Shown: positions 50,661 through 63,530, counted from the first letter of the whole stretch. The stretch: DNA of 63,995 nucleotides, filler included, from Bonamia ostreae (GCA_040357525.1; 16 parts of 16 records of this genome joined end to end with filler, not necessarily neighbours in it), one strand, 5' to 3'. Notes: a model not told the origin generated them from the letters alone. Numbers and translations: made by a program.

Positions 50661-52451
50661 ATGAGCGACCTTTCGGATGAAGAATTAGTTTATGAACCGA
50701 ATCTTAAACACCTTTTGTCCAAGGAAAAATTGAATTGGATTTTCGTTGGCGGGAAAGGGGTTTGTTATATAATAAATATTCAAGGGCGTTGGAAAAACAA
50801 CGACCGCTTGCGCAATTGCGACATTGGTTAAAATTTTATGATAATTTTCATCATAGTAAATAAAATTTTCCAAAATTTTAGTTACTATTTAATAAATTTT
50901 CCATTACTATTTTTCATGATAAATTTTAATTATATCAATTGCTTAAATTCTAAAATTGTATTGTCCAAAAATTAATATCGAATTCGAAAATTTTGATAAT
51001 TGTAATAAACAAAATTTAAAAGTTGTGCAAGCAAGGGAAAAAAGTGTTATTGATATCAACTGACCCAGCTCACAACATCTCAGATGCGTTGTGCCAAAAA
51101 ATATCTGGCGAAGAAACCAAAGTTAACGGAATCGATAACTTTTATGCAATGGAAATCGATCCAAACAGAGGAATATCAGAAAAAATTTCAGGTGGAAACG
51201 TGTCCGTTTTCAGTGATTTGGTTTCTTCCATTCCTGGCATTGACGAAGCGATGGGGTTTTCTGAACTGATGAAGTTTAAATTTGCACATAAAAAAGACAA
51301 GTTCGCCATATGAAATATGACGTGATCGTTTTTGATACGGCTCCGACAGGACACACACTTAAATTCCTAAGATTCCCTTCTATTCTGGAAAAAGGAATTT
51401 CGAAAATGATCGAATTAAAAAGCAAATTTTCGGGACTATTGTCTCAAATCTCTTCGATATTCAGCGAAAACGAGAATTTGAAAGAAACAACCGGAATTTT
51501 GGCGCAATTGGAAGAAACAAAAGCGGTCGTTGAGGCTGTTAATGATCAATTCCAAAATCCCGTTTTTGCCATTTCATAAAATTTATAAATATTATCATTA
51601 TGTCTTGGAACATTATTTCGGCTGTTGTGATGTTTAAACATTGCGAAAAAAAACTTGTCCCGAGTTATTATGACGAAGAAAAACAGTGATTCGAAACATT
51701 AAGTCAAATTAGTTTTTTGGATGATTTTGTAGACGCGATGTTTCAAATAACTGTTTTCCTCGTACAAAATAATTTGGGACGCGGTTCTTAATCATCAACG
51801 AGCAATTTTTAAATCTTAAAATGAAACTTTTGGGTATTCTCAATGCTTTTAAAACTGACATTAATCTTTTTAATTTTCGGCAATTGTAAACGTGCTTACT
51901 AAAATATATTACATTAATATGTTGTGAATCGCTATAATTTCGTTTTAAATTTTTTGCAAATTTGTGTTTAAATGGGGCTTTCCAATAAAATTTGATAAGA
52001 AATTAGAAAACTTCTTAATTTCTTAAACAATATTTCCACAAAAATTTTAAAAAATTTGTTTAAAATTTACAACAAAAGCTACTTTTATTTAAAAATTTTT
52101 AAAATAGATTATAAATTTGTTTAAAATGTAAAGGAATTGACAACATTTGTATCCGTCTGTATTCCAGAATTTCTATCGGTTTTCGAGACATCCAGATTAA
52201 TTGCTGCTCTAAATGATTATAAAATAAGCTGCGAAAATTTGATAGTAAACCAAGTTCTGTTTCCAGAGGAGAATTCGAACTGTTCGAAATGCAAAGCTCG
52301 AATAAAAATGCAGAGAAAATATCTCGAAGAAATAGACACCCTTTTTGACGATTGCAGTATTGTCACCACTCCATTAATGGACGAAGAAGTTAGAGGACTA
52401 CCAAAAATTGAAGAATTCTCAAATTTTTTGGTCGAAGCATTCCAAAATTAA
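50661..52451 (+). CDS. GET3: Tail-anchored protein insertion ATPase GET3/ASNA1
   Basis: 'WIFVGGKGGVGKTT', 'ISTDPAHNISDA', 'PGIDEAMGF', 'FDTAPTGHTL', 'VCIPEFLS', 'CSKC'. Confidence 0.96.
51657..51780 (+). repeat. ~44-bp imperfect inverted repeat in the long GET3 intron
   Basis: gtcccgagttattatgacgaagaaaaacagtgattcgaaacatt pairs with gatgtttcaaataactgttttcctcgtacaaaataatttgggac. Confidence 0.85.
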
Positions 52452-53109
52452 AAACAGTAAAATTTACAATATTTAAAACACCAAAATATAATTCTTTCTG
52501 TATTTAAGTCATCTTGTTTATCGTCTTTAATCTTTAAAAATCTTAAGTTTTTTTGGTGACTATCTTTTATAATCTACAGGAAAGTCTTCATTTGTCTCTC
52601 TCAATACATTTTAAGTGTTGTCATANNNNNNNNNNNNNNNNNNNNNNNNNNNNNNNNNNNNNNNNNNNNTTAATTAATTAANNNNNNNNNNNNNNNNNNN
52701 NNNNNNNNNNNNNNNNNNNNNNNNNATGCAAAATCCAAGAAACAGGTAGCACCGATTGACATGACGAAACATCAAATTTATATTTGTTCATTACAATGAC
52801 ACAAAAATAAAATTGACTAAAATCCAATAAATATTTTTTCGAATTTTCAAAGATTTTAGATTAAACTTTTCCATAAAATTTAAAGCTCCAACAAAAAATA
52901 TATTATATATGATTTCATTAGAATGTTTAGCCACAAATTATTATATTTATAAAACTCCATTTAATAATGAATTCAAAGTTTAAACCGGTAGAATCAAAAG
53001 TTATTTTTATAATTAAAAGACTGATTTAGTTCAGAAAAAGCTGACGGCGATTTTACCGATTTATCCAAAAATCAAACGAATTCCAATATCTGTCTCAGAT
53101 AATAATAAA

Positions 53110-54262
53110 ATGTCCCAAAATATAATGTAATTTTTTAATTATTTATAAGAAGAAATCCAAAAATCAAAAATTATTTTACGTCAAAAAAATCGACAACAGA
53201 AGAAGACCAGCCAAAAATTCTGAAAATTAGCCCAAAATTTGGCAAAATTTTGTCTTTGAAAATCACAAAAAAAGATAAAATTTCAAACGATTACAAATTT
53301 AGTAAAATTAGCAAATCGCTTGGATTTGTAAAATTCGGCAAATCAAAATTTAGTCAACACAGATTTTATCATAATTGGATTCAGAAAAACATCTTTTCGA
53401 CGTTTGACAAAAAATCAAATTAAAAAATTTTCAAAATTTTTTTAAAGTTCGAAAAGCAAAAATAGCATAGAATGGGTCTTCAAAAAATTGAAGTGCGAAA
53501 AAGGAAAATTATTTCCGTCGATTTCACCAAAATTTCTGATAAAAATTTTGTGCGGGGAATTTGAAATTTTCCACAAAATTTTTGTAATCGATTGTAGAAA
53601 CGATTACGAGTTTTCAGGTTTTTAGTTTTGTTTTCGAAAAAATTTTTTTGGCGAAATTTTTTTCGGTTTAGACTAAAAAGTGTTTGCACTAAAATTTTTT
53701 TAGCGAAATTTTATTTTCGGCAAAAAATTATTTGCACAAAAATTATTTTTCTGCAAAAAAGGCGGTCACATAAAAGGCGCGATAAATATAAACACTGCGG
53801 AAGGTATTAAAAAATTCTACAAAAAATTGTCCTGCGAACTTTGGAAAGAGAAGATAGCGATTTTTTTTCATTGCGAATTCTCGTCGCAAAGAGCGCCAAG
53901 AAGGGCTCGATTGTTTAGACAGATCGACAGAGAAAATAATCGATATCCGAAAATCGATTTCCCGTTGGTCTTTTTGGTGGATGGCGGATACAAGCGCTTT
54001 TTCGAGCTAGAAGCTGCGCGTTCTTTGAAGTTTTGTGTGCCAGATGGCTATGTCAGCATGTTTGATGTCGGGGTCCGCGAGAAAAGGAGGAAAATTAGGC
54101 AAACGGTTTTGTTCTTAAATTTTGATTTTAAAGCGATTTATCGCAATTTTTTGCTATTTTTTTTGTTTTTATCGTAAATTTATTGCAAATTTGAAATTTT
54201 GTTTTTGGAAATTATAACTTCAATTAAAGAAATTGCGCGAACAAATAAGAGGAGTGTTTTGA
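53110..54262 (+). CDS. CDC25: Cdc25-type rhodanese-fold phosphatase (5' exons uncertain)
   Basis: 'VIDCRNDYEFSGGHIKGAINI', 'FHCEFSSQRAP', 'DRENNRYPKI', 'VDGGYKRFF', 'YVSM'. Confidence 0.85.
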
Positions 54263-54791
54263 TTGAAAATAAATTCTTCAACTTTTATTTTGTCACAACG
54301 GGTTCTTTAGTTAAAATTGGTCATTAACTTTTTTCCGTCCGTTATCAAACTTTTCAAAATTTAACTGTGCTCAAATTTCGTCCGTACAAATTTCTGTCGT
54401 TTTTATAAATAATTTTTTTTTCGAGACTAAATATAATCGTCAGCTTTTTCTCGTTCACCATGACATCAGATTGAGGATTTTCTTATTTTCGATGTCAATT
54501 CCGATTGTCACAAATTTTTTTGATCGTCTAAATACTTTTTCGACTTTTTCCTGCTGTTTTAAGCCAATATTTACTTCAAAAAGTTATTAATGGTAAATAT
54601 TTTTTCGAGTGTTATCGACATTTTTATTGTCAATTATCAATTTTTAATAATATTTTCGATTTTTATCGACATTTTTTGTCAATTTTTAATGATATTTTTG
54701 ATTTTTAGCGACATTTTTATATTTTTATTGTCAATTTTCGATTTTTATGACATTATTAAATTGGGAGATAATAAGATTTACTAAATCAAAT

Positions 54792-56420
54792 TTAGTCATC
54801 AGACTCTATCTTCTCGCAACACAATTCTTCAATACAACGGGTCGATCCGCAAACGATATCAAAACAGTCTTTCGATCCTGATTGAAATTCCGGCTGAATC
54901 GTCGTCGAATGAACTCCGCAGCCATGAAATACCTTTTGAATGTCGTCATTCAATCTCTTAAAATTTTTGCTTTTGTCTAAAATCACGTGGCAAGTGGCTA
55001 AAGTTTTGTTTGAATTTAGCTGCCAAACATGAAGTTCATGAATATTTTTGATGCCGTCGATTGCGAGCAATTTTCGTTTCAGCAAGTAGAGGTCGACCGT
55101 TGTTGGAACTTTTTCTAAAAGAACGCGCACTGTTCCTCTTACTGATGAAAATTTATTCAAAAATTGGACGAACCATAAAAATTTTGCAAAATAAATAATT
55201 TTTGCGATTATTGTTATTAGACGGAACTTAAAAATTTGACCATAAAAATTTTGCAAAATAAATAATTTTTGCGATTATTGTTATTAGACGGAANNNNNNN
55301 NNNNNNNNNNNNNNNNNNNNNNNNNNNNNNNNNNNNNNNNNNNNNNNNNNNNNNNNNNNNNNNNNNNNNNNNNNNNNNNNNNNNNNNNNNNNNGACCATA
55401 AAAATTTTGCAAAATAAATAATTTTTGCGATTATTGTTATTAGACGGACCATAAAATTTTTGTAAAAATAAATAGAATAGAAACCGACAGGAATAGAAGT
55501 TGCGAAAATGATGACAGAAATTATCATTGAGCAAATCGGATCGATTATTGTTCTCCTTTCCCAAGTCGAATATCGAATAACTAAGCAACTTACTATCACT
55601 GCAACAGATCCCAGGGCGTCTCCAAGAACATGTAGAAATACCGCTTGGATGTTGAAATTTTTCTAAATCGAAAAATAGTTAAAAATAAAATTTAGTCAAA
55701 AATAAAAATTAGTCGAATTTTCAAAAATAAACTTTCTTTTCAGAATTGTCGTCTGAATGTCCATGGCCGTGGTCAAATCCAAAAACGATTAGACCAATTA
55801 TATTTACGCCCAATCCGATTCCGCCGATTATAAGCAAAACTCCAGAATTTTCAACCAAATCTTTATTGACTAAATTTTATAGAGTAAATTTTTGTAAATA
55901 AAATGATTAAAAATAATCGCAAATTCTAAATTTTTGTAAATAAATCTTAAAAATAAATGCAAAAAGAAAATTTTCTGAAAAGAACCTTCATTTTTAAGCA
56001 AAAGCGTGATGGCTTCGCGGAAAATGTCAAAAGCAATAACCATTAAAAAACACCCATTTACCAAACCACCAACAACTTCCATTCTAACAAACCCGAAAGT
56101 AGCTTTATCAGTTCGGACTTTTTTGGATTTTATGAATGCATATAATCCGATAACGAGCGCAATCGCATCGGTCAACATATGCATAGCGTCAGCTACCAAA
56201 ACTAAAAAATCGTAAAGAGCTCCGAAAATCAGTTCAACGAAGAAAAAGGAGATTCTTTAACAAAATTTTGCAAATCAAATTTTATAAAAATCGAATTTAA
56301 AAAATTTGGAAACATTAAAATTAGCATCGTCAAAAATTTTATCGAAGCTGTTTCCCTAAGAATATTTTTCTTTTCAGTTTTTATCTTTTCGATTTCGTGT
56401 CGTCGTTTTATTTCATATGA
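54792..56420 (-). CDS. CDF/ZnT zinc transporter (ZnT1/Zrc1-like)
   Basis: 'LVADAMHMLTD', 'TFGFVRMEVVGGLVNG', 'NIQAVFLHVLGDALGSV', 'IDPICS', 'IHELHVWQL', 'GVHSTTIQPEF'. Confidence 0.92.
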
Positions 56421-57263
56421 ACTGTCTTCGGTGTAATCATAATTTCTATTTTTTTAGATTTGCAATTTTTGAGATTAATGGAACATCGATAATTCAATTT
56501 TCGCTAATGTCGAAATTAAAATATTTGCAAATTTGCAATTTTTGAGATTAATGCAACATCGATAATTCAATTTTCGCTAATGTCGAAATTAAAATATTTT
56601 GCAAATTTGCAATTTTTGAGATTAATGCAACATCGATAATTCAATTTTCGCTNNNNNNNNNNNNNNNNNNNNNNNNNNNNNNNNNNNNNNNNNNNNTTAA
56701 TTAATTAANNNNNNNNNNNNNNNNNNNNNNNNNNNNNNNNNNNNNNNNNNNNCTCTGCGATCAGAAAAACTTTCTGTAAATCAGAATTGGATTATGTTGA
56801 ATTTCGGGCCATCGCGAAGAGAAAGATTGGAATATTTAATTTTGCTGAAACTGTTGTTTCAAAGCTGGACTCGCCAGAACAGACGTCGCTTTCAAAAATT
56901 AAGTCAAATTATGCAATTTCTGCTTTGAAATGCGCCACTGGTACCACTGGTACCACTGGCATATCACCATTTCCGCGGTTTACCAGTGGCACCAATGGCA
57001 TCAACACATTGCTACAAATTGGGCAGTTTACAAATTTGGTGCATTGCAGAGACGTACAAAAGCAATCGCAACAATGTTCAAAAACAGCGGCCATTTTTCG
57101 AACCGACCTAAAACCAGAAAACACAATAAACGATTCCAATTAAAATGGATAAGCCGCCATTAATCCGAGAAACCGGTTGTCGCTGTCGGTAAATGTGAGA
57201 AAAGTCATTTGGCCGAACAGATTTATCCATTCGAGCAAACAACGCGAAACTAGTTAGAAACTG

Positions 57264-57506
57264 ATGTCTTTTGGATACAACTGTGGACCTTACTGGGGTG
57301 GCAACTGCGGACCTTATTATGGCGGATGGAACAACTGCTGTCCGACATACAAATATGGTTACTGCTGGGGCTGCGTAACCCCGTCCTATGGCGGCTGGAA
57401 CAATTGCGGCTACGGCGGCTTGAATAACTGCGGCTACGGCGGCTGGAACAATTGTGGATATGGCGGCTGGAACAATTGTGGATATGGCGGCTGGAACAGA
57501 TGCTAA
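57264..57506 (+). CDS. 80-aa Gly/Tyr/Trp/Asn/Cys-rich repeat protein (YGGWNNCG)
   Basis: About six YGGWNNC-like octapeptide units; several DNA differences between copies are synonymous, which supports coding. Confidence 0.75.
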   Translation: MSFGYNCGPYWGGNCGPYYGGWNNCCPTYKYGYCWGCVTPSYGGWNNCGYGGLNNCGYGGWNNCGYGGWNNCGYGGWNRC

Positions 57507-57580
57507 TTATTCTCACGAAAATTAAATTATTTAGTTCATTTTTGTGTGGCTAATTAAATTGAATTGCTAAAAATTTAAAA

Positions 57581-57880
57581 ATGGTCGAAAAGCTGACTGA
57601 AAACAACGCAGTTTCTTACTACATTGGTTTGGAAGCGGGAAGAGACGCTTCCTTGTTTAAAAAAATGGCTCTTCTCCCCAAATATATGCCCCTTACTGCA
57701 GCAAGCACTATTGTTTTCTTTCCTTTTGTTTTATTCAGAAAAAAAAATACTCCGCAATTTGATCCAGTAAGGATTTTAATGTACTCGTCCATATTAAGCT
57801 CAATTGCATGGTTTAATTGTTCAATAACGTCAGGTATACTTTTCGTTACGAAAAAAAATTCAGAGACGAACACAATATGA
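57581..57880 (+). CDS. Small two-TM hypothetical protein
   Basis: 99-aa ORF with two hydrophobic segments. Confidence 0.45.
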   Translation: MVEKLTENNAVSYYIGLEAGRDASLFKKMALLPKYMPLTAASTIVFFPFVLFRKKNTPQFDPVRILMYSSILSSIAWFNCSITSGILFVTKKNSETNTI

Positions 57881-58039
57881 GTTTCATGAAAATGCGCAAA
57901 AAACAAAAGAAAGGAGAAGAAATAGATTAAATTGGGACACCATTTTTTTGTTTTGCGTAAATTTTGTCGTTTTGCATAACTGCGCAAATAATGTGATTTT
58001 AAATATTATTTGTCGTTGTTTTTTTGTTTTTTGTTTGAG

Positions 58040-58590
58040 CATAGATTATCACCTGCTTTATTTAAAACATTCCTCGTTTAAAGCATCTTAACTGATATTG
58101 TTTCAATGTCGTCATTTCTAAAAGGCTTTTTTGTTCTTTAGATATGAATAGATATTTTCTGATCTTTTTTTGTCCAAGTTTCTGTAGAAGATCTCTTTTT
58201 TATATTTTCGCGATTTTTGGTTGACGGTTCTGTTTTCACTAAATCAAAATATTTTTTTATAAATTGTATGATCAATCAAAATAAATCGCGTTCTGTTTTT
58301 ATCTGTAGCAAAGGGATGTCTATTTCCGCCAATGACCATGTACATATTTTAAATATCGAATTGATTCTGAAGTTTTTAATGCAATATCGATATGAAAAAT
58401 ATTGCTTTGAAACAACTTTTGAAAATATTCGATTTTGATATAATCGGATCAGAAAACTTTATTGGATCAGAGAAAAATATTTGATCAGAGAAACTATGAC
58501 ATCGTATTGGAAAAGGATGGCAAAATAATTACATCACAAACAGAGTCAGCAGAAATGCTCAATAAATATTTTTTAGAAATGTTAATCAAA
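58040..58590. mobile_element. Possible scrambled LINE fragments
   Basis: Plus-strand 'IVLEKDGKIITSQTESAEMLNKYF' (58501-58575) and minus-strand 'RKYKKEIFYRNLDKKRSENIYSYLKNKK' resemble the pre-RT region of non-LTR ORF2. Confidence 0.4.
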
Positions 58591-59106
58591 TAATAACACA
58601 AAAAACATACAAAAATATCAAATCAAAACACAAAAACAGATTCCAAAAACAGCAATAAAATATAAAAATATAAACATCGAAGAAATAAAAGAAGTGCTTA
58701 AAAACAGCAAAAAGAAACCGAGAAACGAAAATAATTGTTTTCGGAGATGGTTTAACTAAGGATAAAGAAACTAAATAACAGAATTGAAACGATAAATAAA
58801 AAATTAAAAGATTTGAACTTTGAATAGCCAAATATTTCAAATTTATAAAATTTTTTAATTGATAAATATTGCAGATGGATTGCCAGTCAGTTTTGTACTC
58901 TGGAAACTCATTTTTACAGACGACAAAATTAATATTTGTCATTCGTAAAAGTGTGCAGAAACATAATATAAATTTGCTCAGTTTATTCCTTACAGGTTAA
59001 AGTTTTACAGATAACGACGAAACATCTATAGATATAAGACATATGTGTAAACGGCTTATAATAATATGTGTAAACGGCTTATAATATAAAAACATTGCGA
59101 CGCATC

Positions 59107-60437
59107 ATGTTTTCCAGAAAATTCCTGAAAAATGTCTCTGCAAACTTGATGAATAAAAAACACGGCTCAAATTATCTGAACTTTGGACGGCCACGATTCC
59201 TTTTTAGTTTTGCTAGTTTTTTCGGATATTGTATACATAAAATATAAATAGGGAAAAAGGAGAGGAAAGCTCCAAAAAGTGAAAATGAAGCAGTTTTTAG
59301 ATTTGTGTACAAAAGCTTGCGCCCTACAAACTGGTACGACGTGATGCGAATTGTAATCGCGTTTTCTTGTCTCGTGTCTTCTAAAGTAATCGCGGTGCAA
59401 GTGCCGTTTCTATTCAAACACGCCGTGGATTCTCTGAACGCCTATGAAAACATGGGAGGCGTTTCTCAACCTTTTCTTGGCCCCATCGCCATTCTAGTTT
59501 CATGTTTTTAGCTTTTTCGGTCTTTGAGTTTGATAACAAAATTTTTGCAAATCATGTTTTTGATAACAAAAATGGCTAGATTGCTCTCTGGAAAAAGCTT
59601 TTTCTGCCTGTAAAATCTAGACTATTTTGACTCTTTTTATTATATCTTAAATATTTATGTCCAACGTAATATTTTGATGTCGTTTTGATAATAAAGTCAA
59701 CCCAGTTAATATCTTATATCTGCGTAAAAGATAATGTTTTTAACTGTTCACAAATCCAACTTTCACTTAAAAGGGGGGATACTTCGTACAACATCGTCGC
59801 TTTTGTACGAGTTGCGTTCCGCCATTTTTAACCCGATGGCGCAAAACGCAGTCCGTTCGTTAACTTGTAAGACATTTTCTCACTTGCTGAAAATGGACTA
59901 CGCCTATCTACTCACCCAAAACACAGGTGCTATCTCTCGTGCCATCGATCGAGGCCAAAGAAGCATCTATTATATCATCAATTCCACCATTTTTAACATT
60001 TTGCCGACCATTCTGCAAATCGCATTAGTCTGTTATCTCCTCGTTTACTCAAACCAATAAAAGGGTAATAGTTGCGGGAGCACTTTCTCGTTTATAACAA
60101 TGGGGACGATCGGCGTGTACTTCCTTTTCACTTTGTCTGTTACCGAATGGCGGACAAAACTGCGAAAAGAATTGAACAGATTGGACAGTGTGGCCAGTTC
60201 TAAAGCTATTGACACAATTATGAACTTCGAAACGATAAAAGTTCAAATCAACACAATAAAAGTATTTCAACAATGAAGATCACGAGGTAAGGGCGTACAG
60301 GAAATGTCTCAAGGATTATCACAGACTTTCGAGTCGAGTGCAGAGAAGCTTAGCTTTTCTAAATTGGGGTCAGAATTTTATTTTGACGACTGGCTTGACA
60401 TTTGTGATGGTGTTGGCTGCGTTGGGCGTTTCAAATG
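59107..60437 (+). CDS. ATM1: Mitochondrial ABC transporter ATM1/ABCB7, 3' partial
   Basis: Presequence-like N-terminus, 'SKVIAVQVPFLFKHAVD', 'ELRSAIF', 'TGAISRAIDRG', 'FNILPT', 'NFETIKYFNNE', 'SLAFLNWGQN'. Confidence 0.93.
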
Positions 60438-60778
60438 GTTTTTGTTTGTGAATTTTGCGCTGTAGCAATTTGCAGAAAAAGCAAAATTTTGCGAAGAAAT
60501 ATTTCTTTAAATAGATTACAAAAAACAAAAATATATTTCAATTATAAAAAAGACAAATTAAAATTACAAAAAATTTATTTTGTTATAAAAAAGACAAATT
60601 AAAATTACAAAAAATTTATTTTGTTATAAAAAAGACAAATTAAAATTACAAAAAATTTATTTTGTTATAAAAAAGACANNNNNNNNNNNNNNNNNNNNNN
60701 NNNNNNNNNNNNNNNNNNNNNNTTAATTAATTAANNNNNNNNNNNNNNNNNNNNNNNNNNNNNNNNNNNNNNNNNNNN

Positions 60779-62005
60779 CCACCAATTTCGAATAAGAAGA
60801 ATATTGTAAAAACAAAACAGGAAATAGCTCCGATTCCTCCACCAATTTCGAATAAGAAGAATATTGTAAAAACAAAACAGGAAATAGCTCCGATTCCTCC
60901 ACCAATTTCGAATAAGAAGAATATTGTAAAAACAAAACAGGAAATAGCTCCGAGTTTTCTAGCAATTTCGAATAAGAATACTAAATCAAAATTGGTACCA
61001 GAAAAAGCGGTTTCCCATACAATTTCCAGCGAAAAGATGGCAACAAACATGGAACATAAAGTATCCATAAATAAGAATAAAAGTAACATAAAAAACGTCA
61101 AATTATTAAATAAAGGTTCAAGGGAGGCAAAAAATGCACATCGCACACAAGCAACAAATAGAGAAAACTTTAAAAAAGAAATCAAGGATTTGTTATCAAA
61201 ACGACTCAATCGGAAGATATTGGAGAAAGCGCAAAAAAAATCGTTGAAAAGAAAATATCCTTTTGAAGAGGAGGTGGACCTGAACAAAAGATTTATTGTC
61301 TCTGTAAACAACAGCGGAAGTTTTAATCGATCTGACATTAAAATTTTAGAGAAGCAGATGCTGAAAGAACTCTACCTGGAATTCTTCGACAAATTTGAAA
61401 ACTTTTCCATCCCGATGAAAACGAAGGAAGAGTACGTTTGGCTGAGGATGAACAATAAACCTTTCCACGTGGAAGGCCAATACAGGTACAAGTGGAGAGT
61501 TTCAAATGAGTACAACATCCCAGAACTTATACTCGAAAAGTTTTTAGTCTCAATTTCAGAGTGGATTTGACCAGAAAAACGAAAAAGAAAAGGAACATCA
61601 GAGACAAGAAAGAATTGGAGCAATATTTGAAGAATATAAATGAGTTGAAGCGGTTTTGGTTAATCATTATCAAAAAGTCTTTTGAAACAAAAAGACCAAA
61701 GTACGCAATCTGGAGACGTTTGGACGAAGCGAGAGGTGGAGGGCGATATGGCTTATGTCAGCGACTATGGGCTTGATCAGTGCAACAAAAGCCCGAAGAA
61801 ATTTTCCAGGAGCGTCGAGTTTTCGAGCACGCGCGAGATGTCGGTGCTGTTGGTGGAGTCGAAGGGGAAGCGCAAGTTGAAAACGAAGAGGAGGTTCGCG
61901 AAGAAGTTTGTCACCACAATCGTCAAATTGCCATATTATATTATTCTCTCGCCGATTTTGTTTGTTTTAAAATCCGCAAACTGCACCACCAACAACGATC
62001 AATAA
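60779..62005 (+). CDS. Hypothetical protein with 20-aa (60-bp) tandem repeats, partial
   Basis: PPISNKKNIVKTKQEIAPIP occurs three times at 60779-60955; 20- and 25-nt introns join the downstream ORFs; 3' end uncertain. Confidence 0.55.
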
Positions 62006-62794
62006 GTTTTGAATTTTAATTTGCTTATACTAAATTAAATGTTTCTATCATTTAAAGACGGTAAAATTTTTTAAATTTGAAGATTGATCATTAATGAGCA
62101 AGCGCGGGAGGGTTTAGGGAGGGTCAAGGCGACATTAGAACAGACACGGTCGCCATTGACGCGCTTGGCCTATTTTTGGAAAGAATTTTGTTTCGGATAG
62201 GGCTATTTTTGGAGGAAATGACGGGGTGATTTGTGGAATTTCATTGAAGAATCGGTGGATGAACAAATGACAGATGAACTTTTCAGAAATTAAGGCAGTA
62301 GAAATTTATCAGAATTCTCAAAATTAAATATAATAAAAGGTGGAAATTTTTTTCGTTAATGAAAATGGTGGAACTTTTCAAAATTGAACAGATGATATCG
62401 TTAAAAAATGTACAGAATGACAAGAAAGTTGTGTTTGTGTACTCAGACAAAAAATAAATGTGTTGTAAACCATTTATAATTTAGATTTTCATCTACGTTG
62501 CAATTTCTTTATATTAATATCAACTGGGCATTATAAATGTCTTTGTTCTTTAATATGGAATATACCCTGAGGTATTTAACCAACAAGTATTCATGTTATC
62601 TTATTTTGTTTTCTCTTAAAATTATAATTTATATAATAAATAATTAATAAAATAATAGCAGGAATGTGTAAGTAAAGTACATAAAATTTTTTGTTACCTA
62701 TAGATGATTTGGTTTCTAGTTTGGAATGAAAACAAAGTATCATGTTTAAAACAAATTTAAAATAAACTTATAATACATTTAATGGATAGTGGCG

Positions 62795-63530
62795 TATTAT
62801 TTTTTGTATAGCGTTTTGCCACTTTTCATCAAATGTTTCAGAATCTTGTTCATTATAATGCGCTTGGAATCTATCAAGCCAAGTTTGAGCATTTTTTTTC
62901 TGTAAGCTGCTTTGGAACAAAAGCTCTTAAAGCTCTCAAAAACGTTCTATATTATTTGTGTGAATCCACTGTTTTGAGGGTCTACAAAATTTCTGCTATG
63001 GTTGATTATTAGATTGTCATATCAAGTTTTTGCAAGTTGTTGTATCCTCTCCAAACATCAGTAATAATTCGAGACAATGGAGCAACTTCGTATCACTATA
63101 TTGCTCAGAACTCTGGCATTTCTCTGTCTAGATATCGTTAGAAATATTTTTTCTGTGATCTTTCAATACCCCCGATTACCCAAAACTTTTCACTGGCCAT
63201 TCTTCTTCCTACTCGATGCTTGTTTGAATATAAATGACACTCATCAAATTTATAATTTGATTTATTTCACCTATAAAATCATTTTGAATAGGACTGATTA
63301 TGATTGGGGTCAACTTTTTAAACCATTTATTTATCGTGGCTAAGGTCACTCCACATTCTTCTGAAGTTCTTTTTAATGTGAATCTCTGTATGACGGATCA
63401 TAATAATCTAATTTTAATGTCAGCAAAAAGATGACTTCCGAGAAACATAGTCCCGTTTCTTTTTGCTGCATCTTAACTGGGACCGAATTATCAAAACACC
63501 CAAAGTTAATGAAATGGATTGTTATTCAAA
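62795..63530 (-). mobile_element. Decayed Merlin (IS1595/ISXO2-like) DNA transposase pseudogene
   Basis: Across frameshifts: 'RNGTMFLGSHL', 'EECGVTLATINKWF', 'FDECHLYSNKHRVGRR..FWVIGGIER', 'VAPLSRIITDVWRGYNNL', 'INHSRNFVDP', 'IHTNNIERF'. DDE triad is in Merlin order. Confidence 0.88.

Noticed and set aside
59041-59087. 23-bp direct duplication upstream of ATM1
   Set aside because: Simple two-copy tandem duplication with no evidence of function.
62110-62119. gggtttaggg telomere-like word
   Set aside because: Single occurrence in probable coding sequence, not an array.
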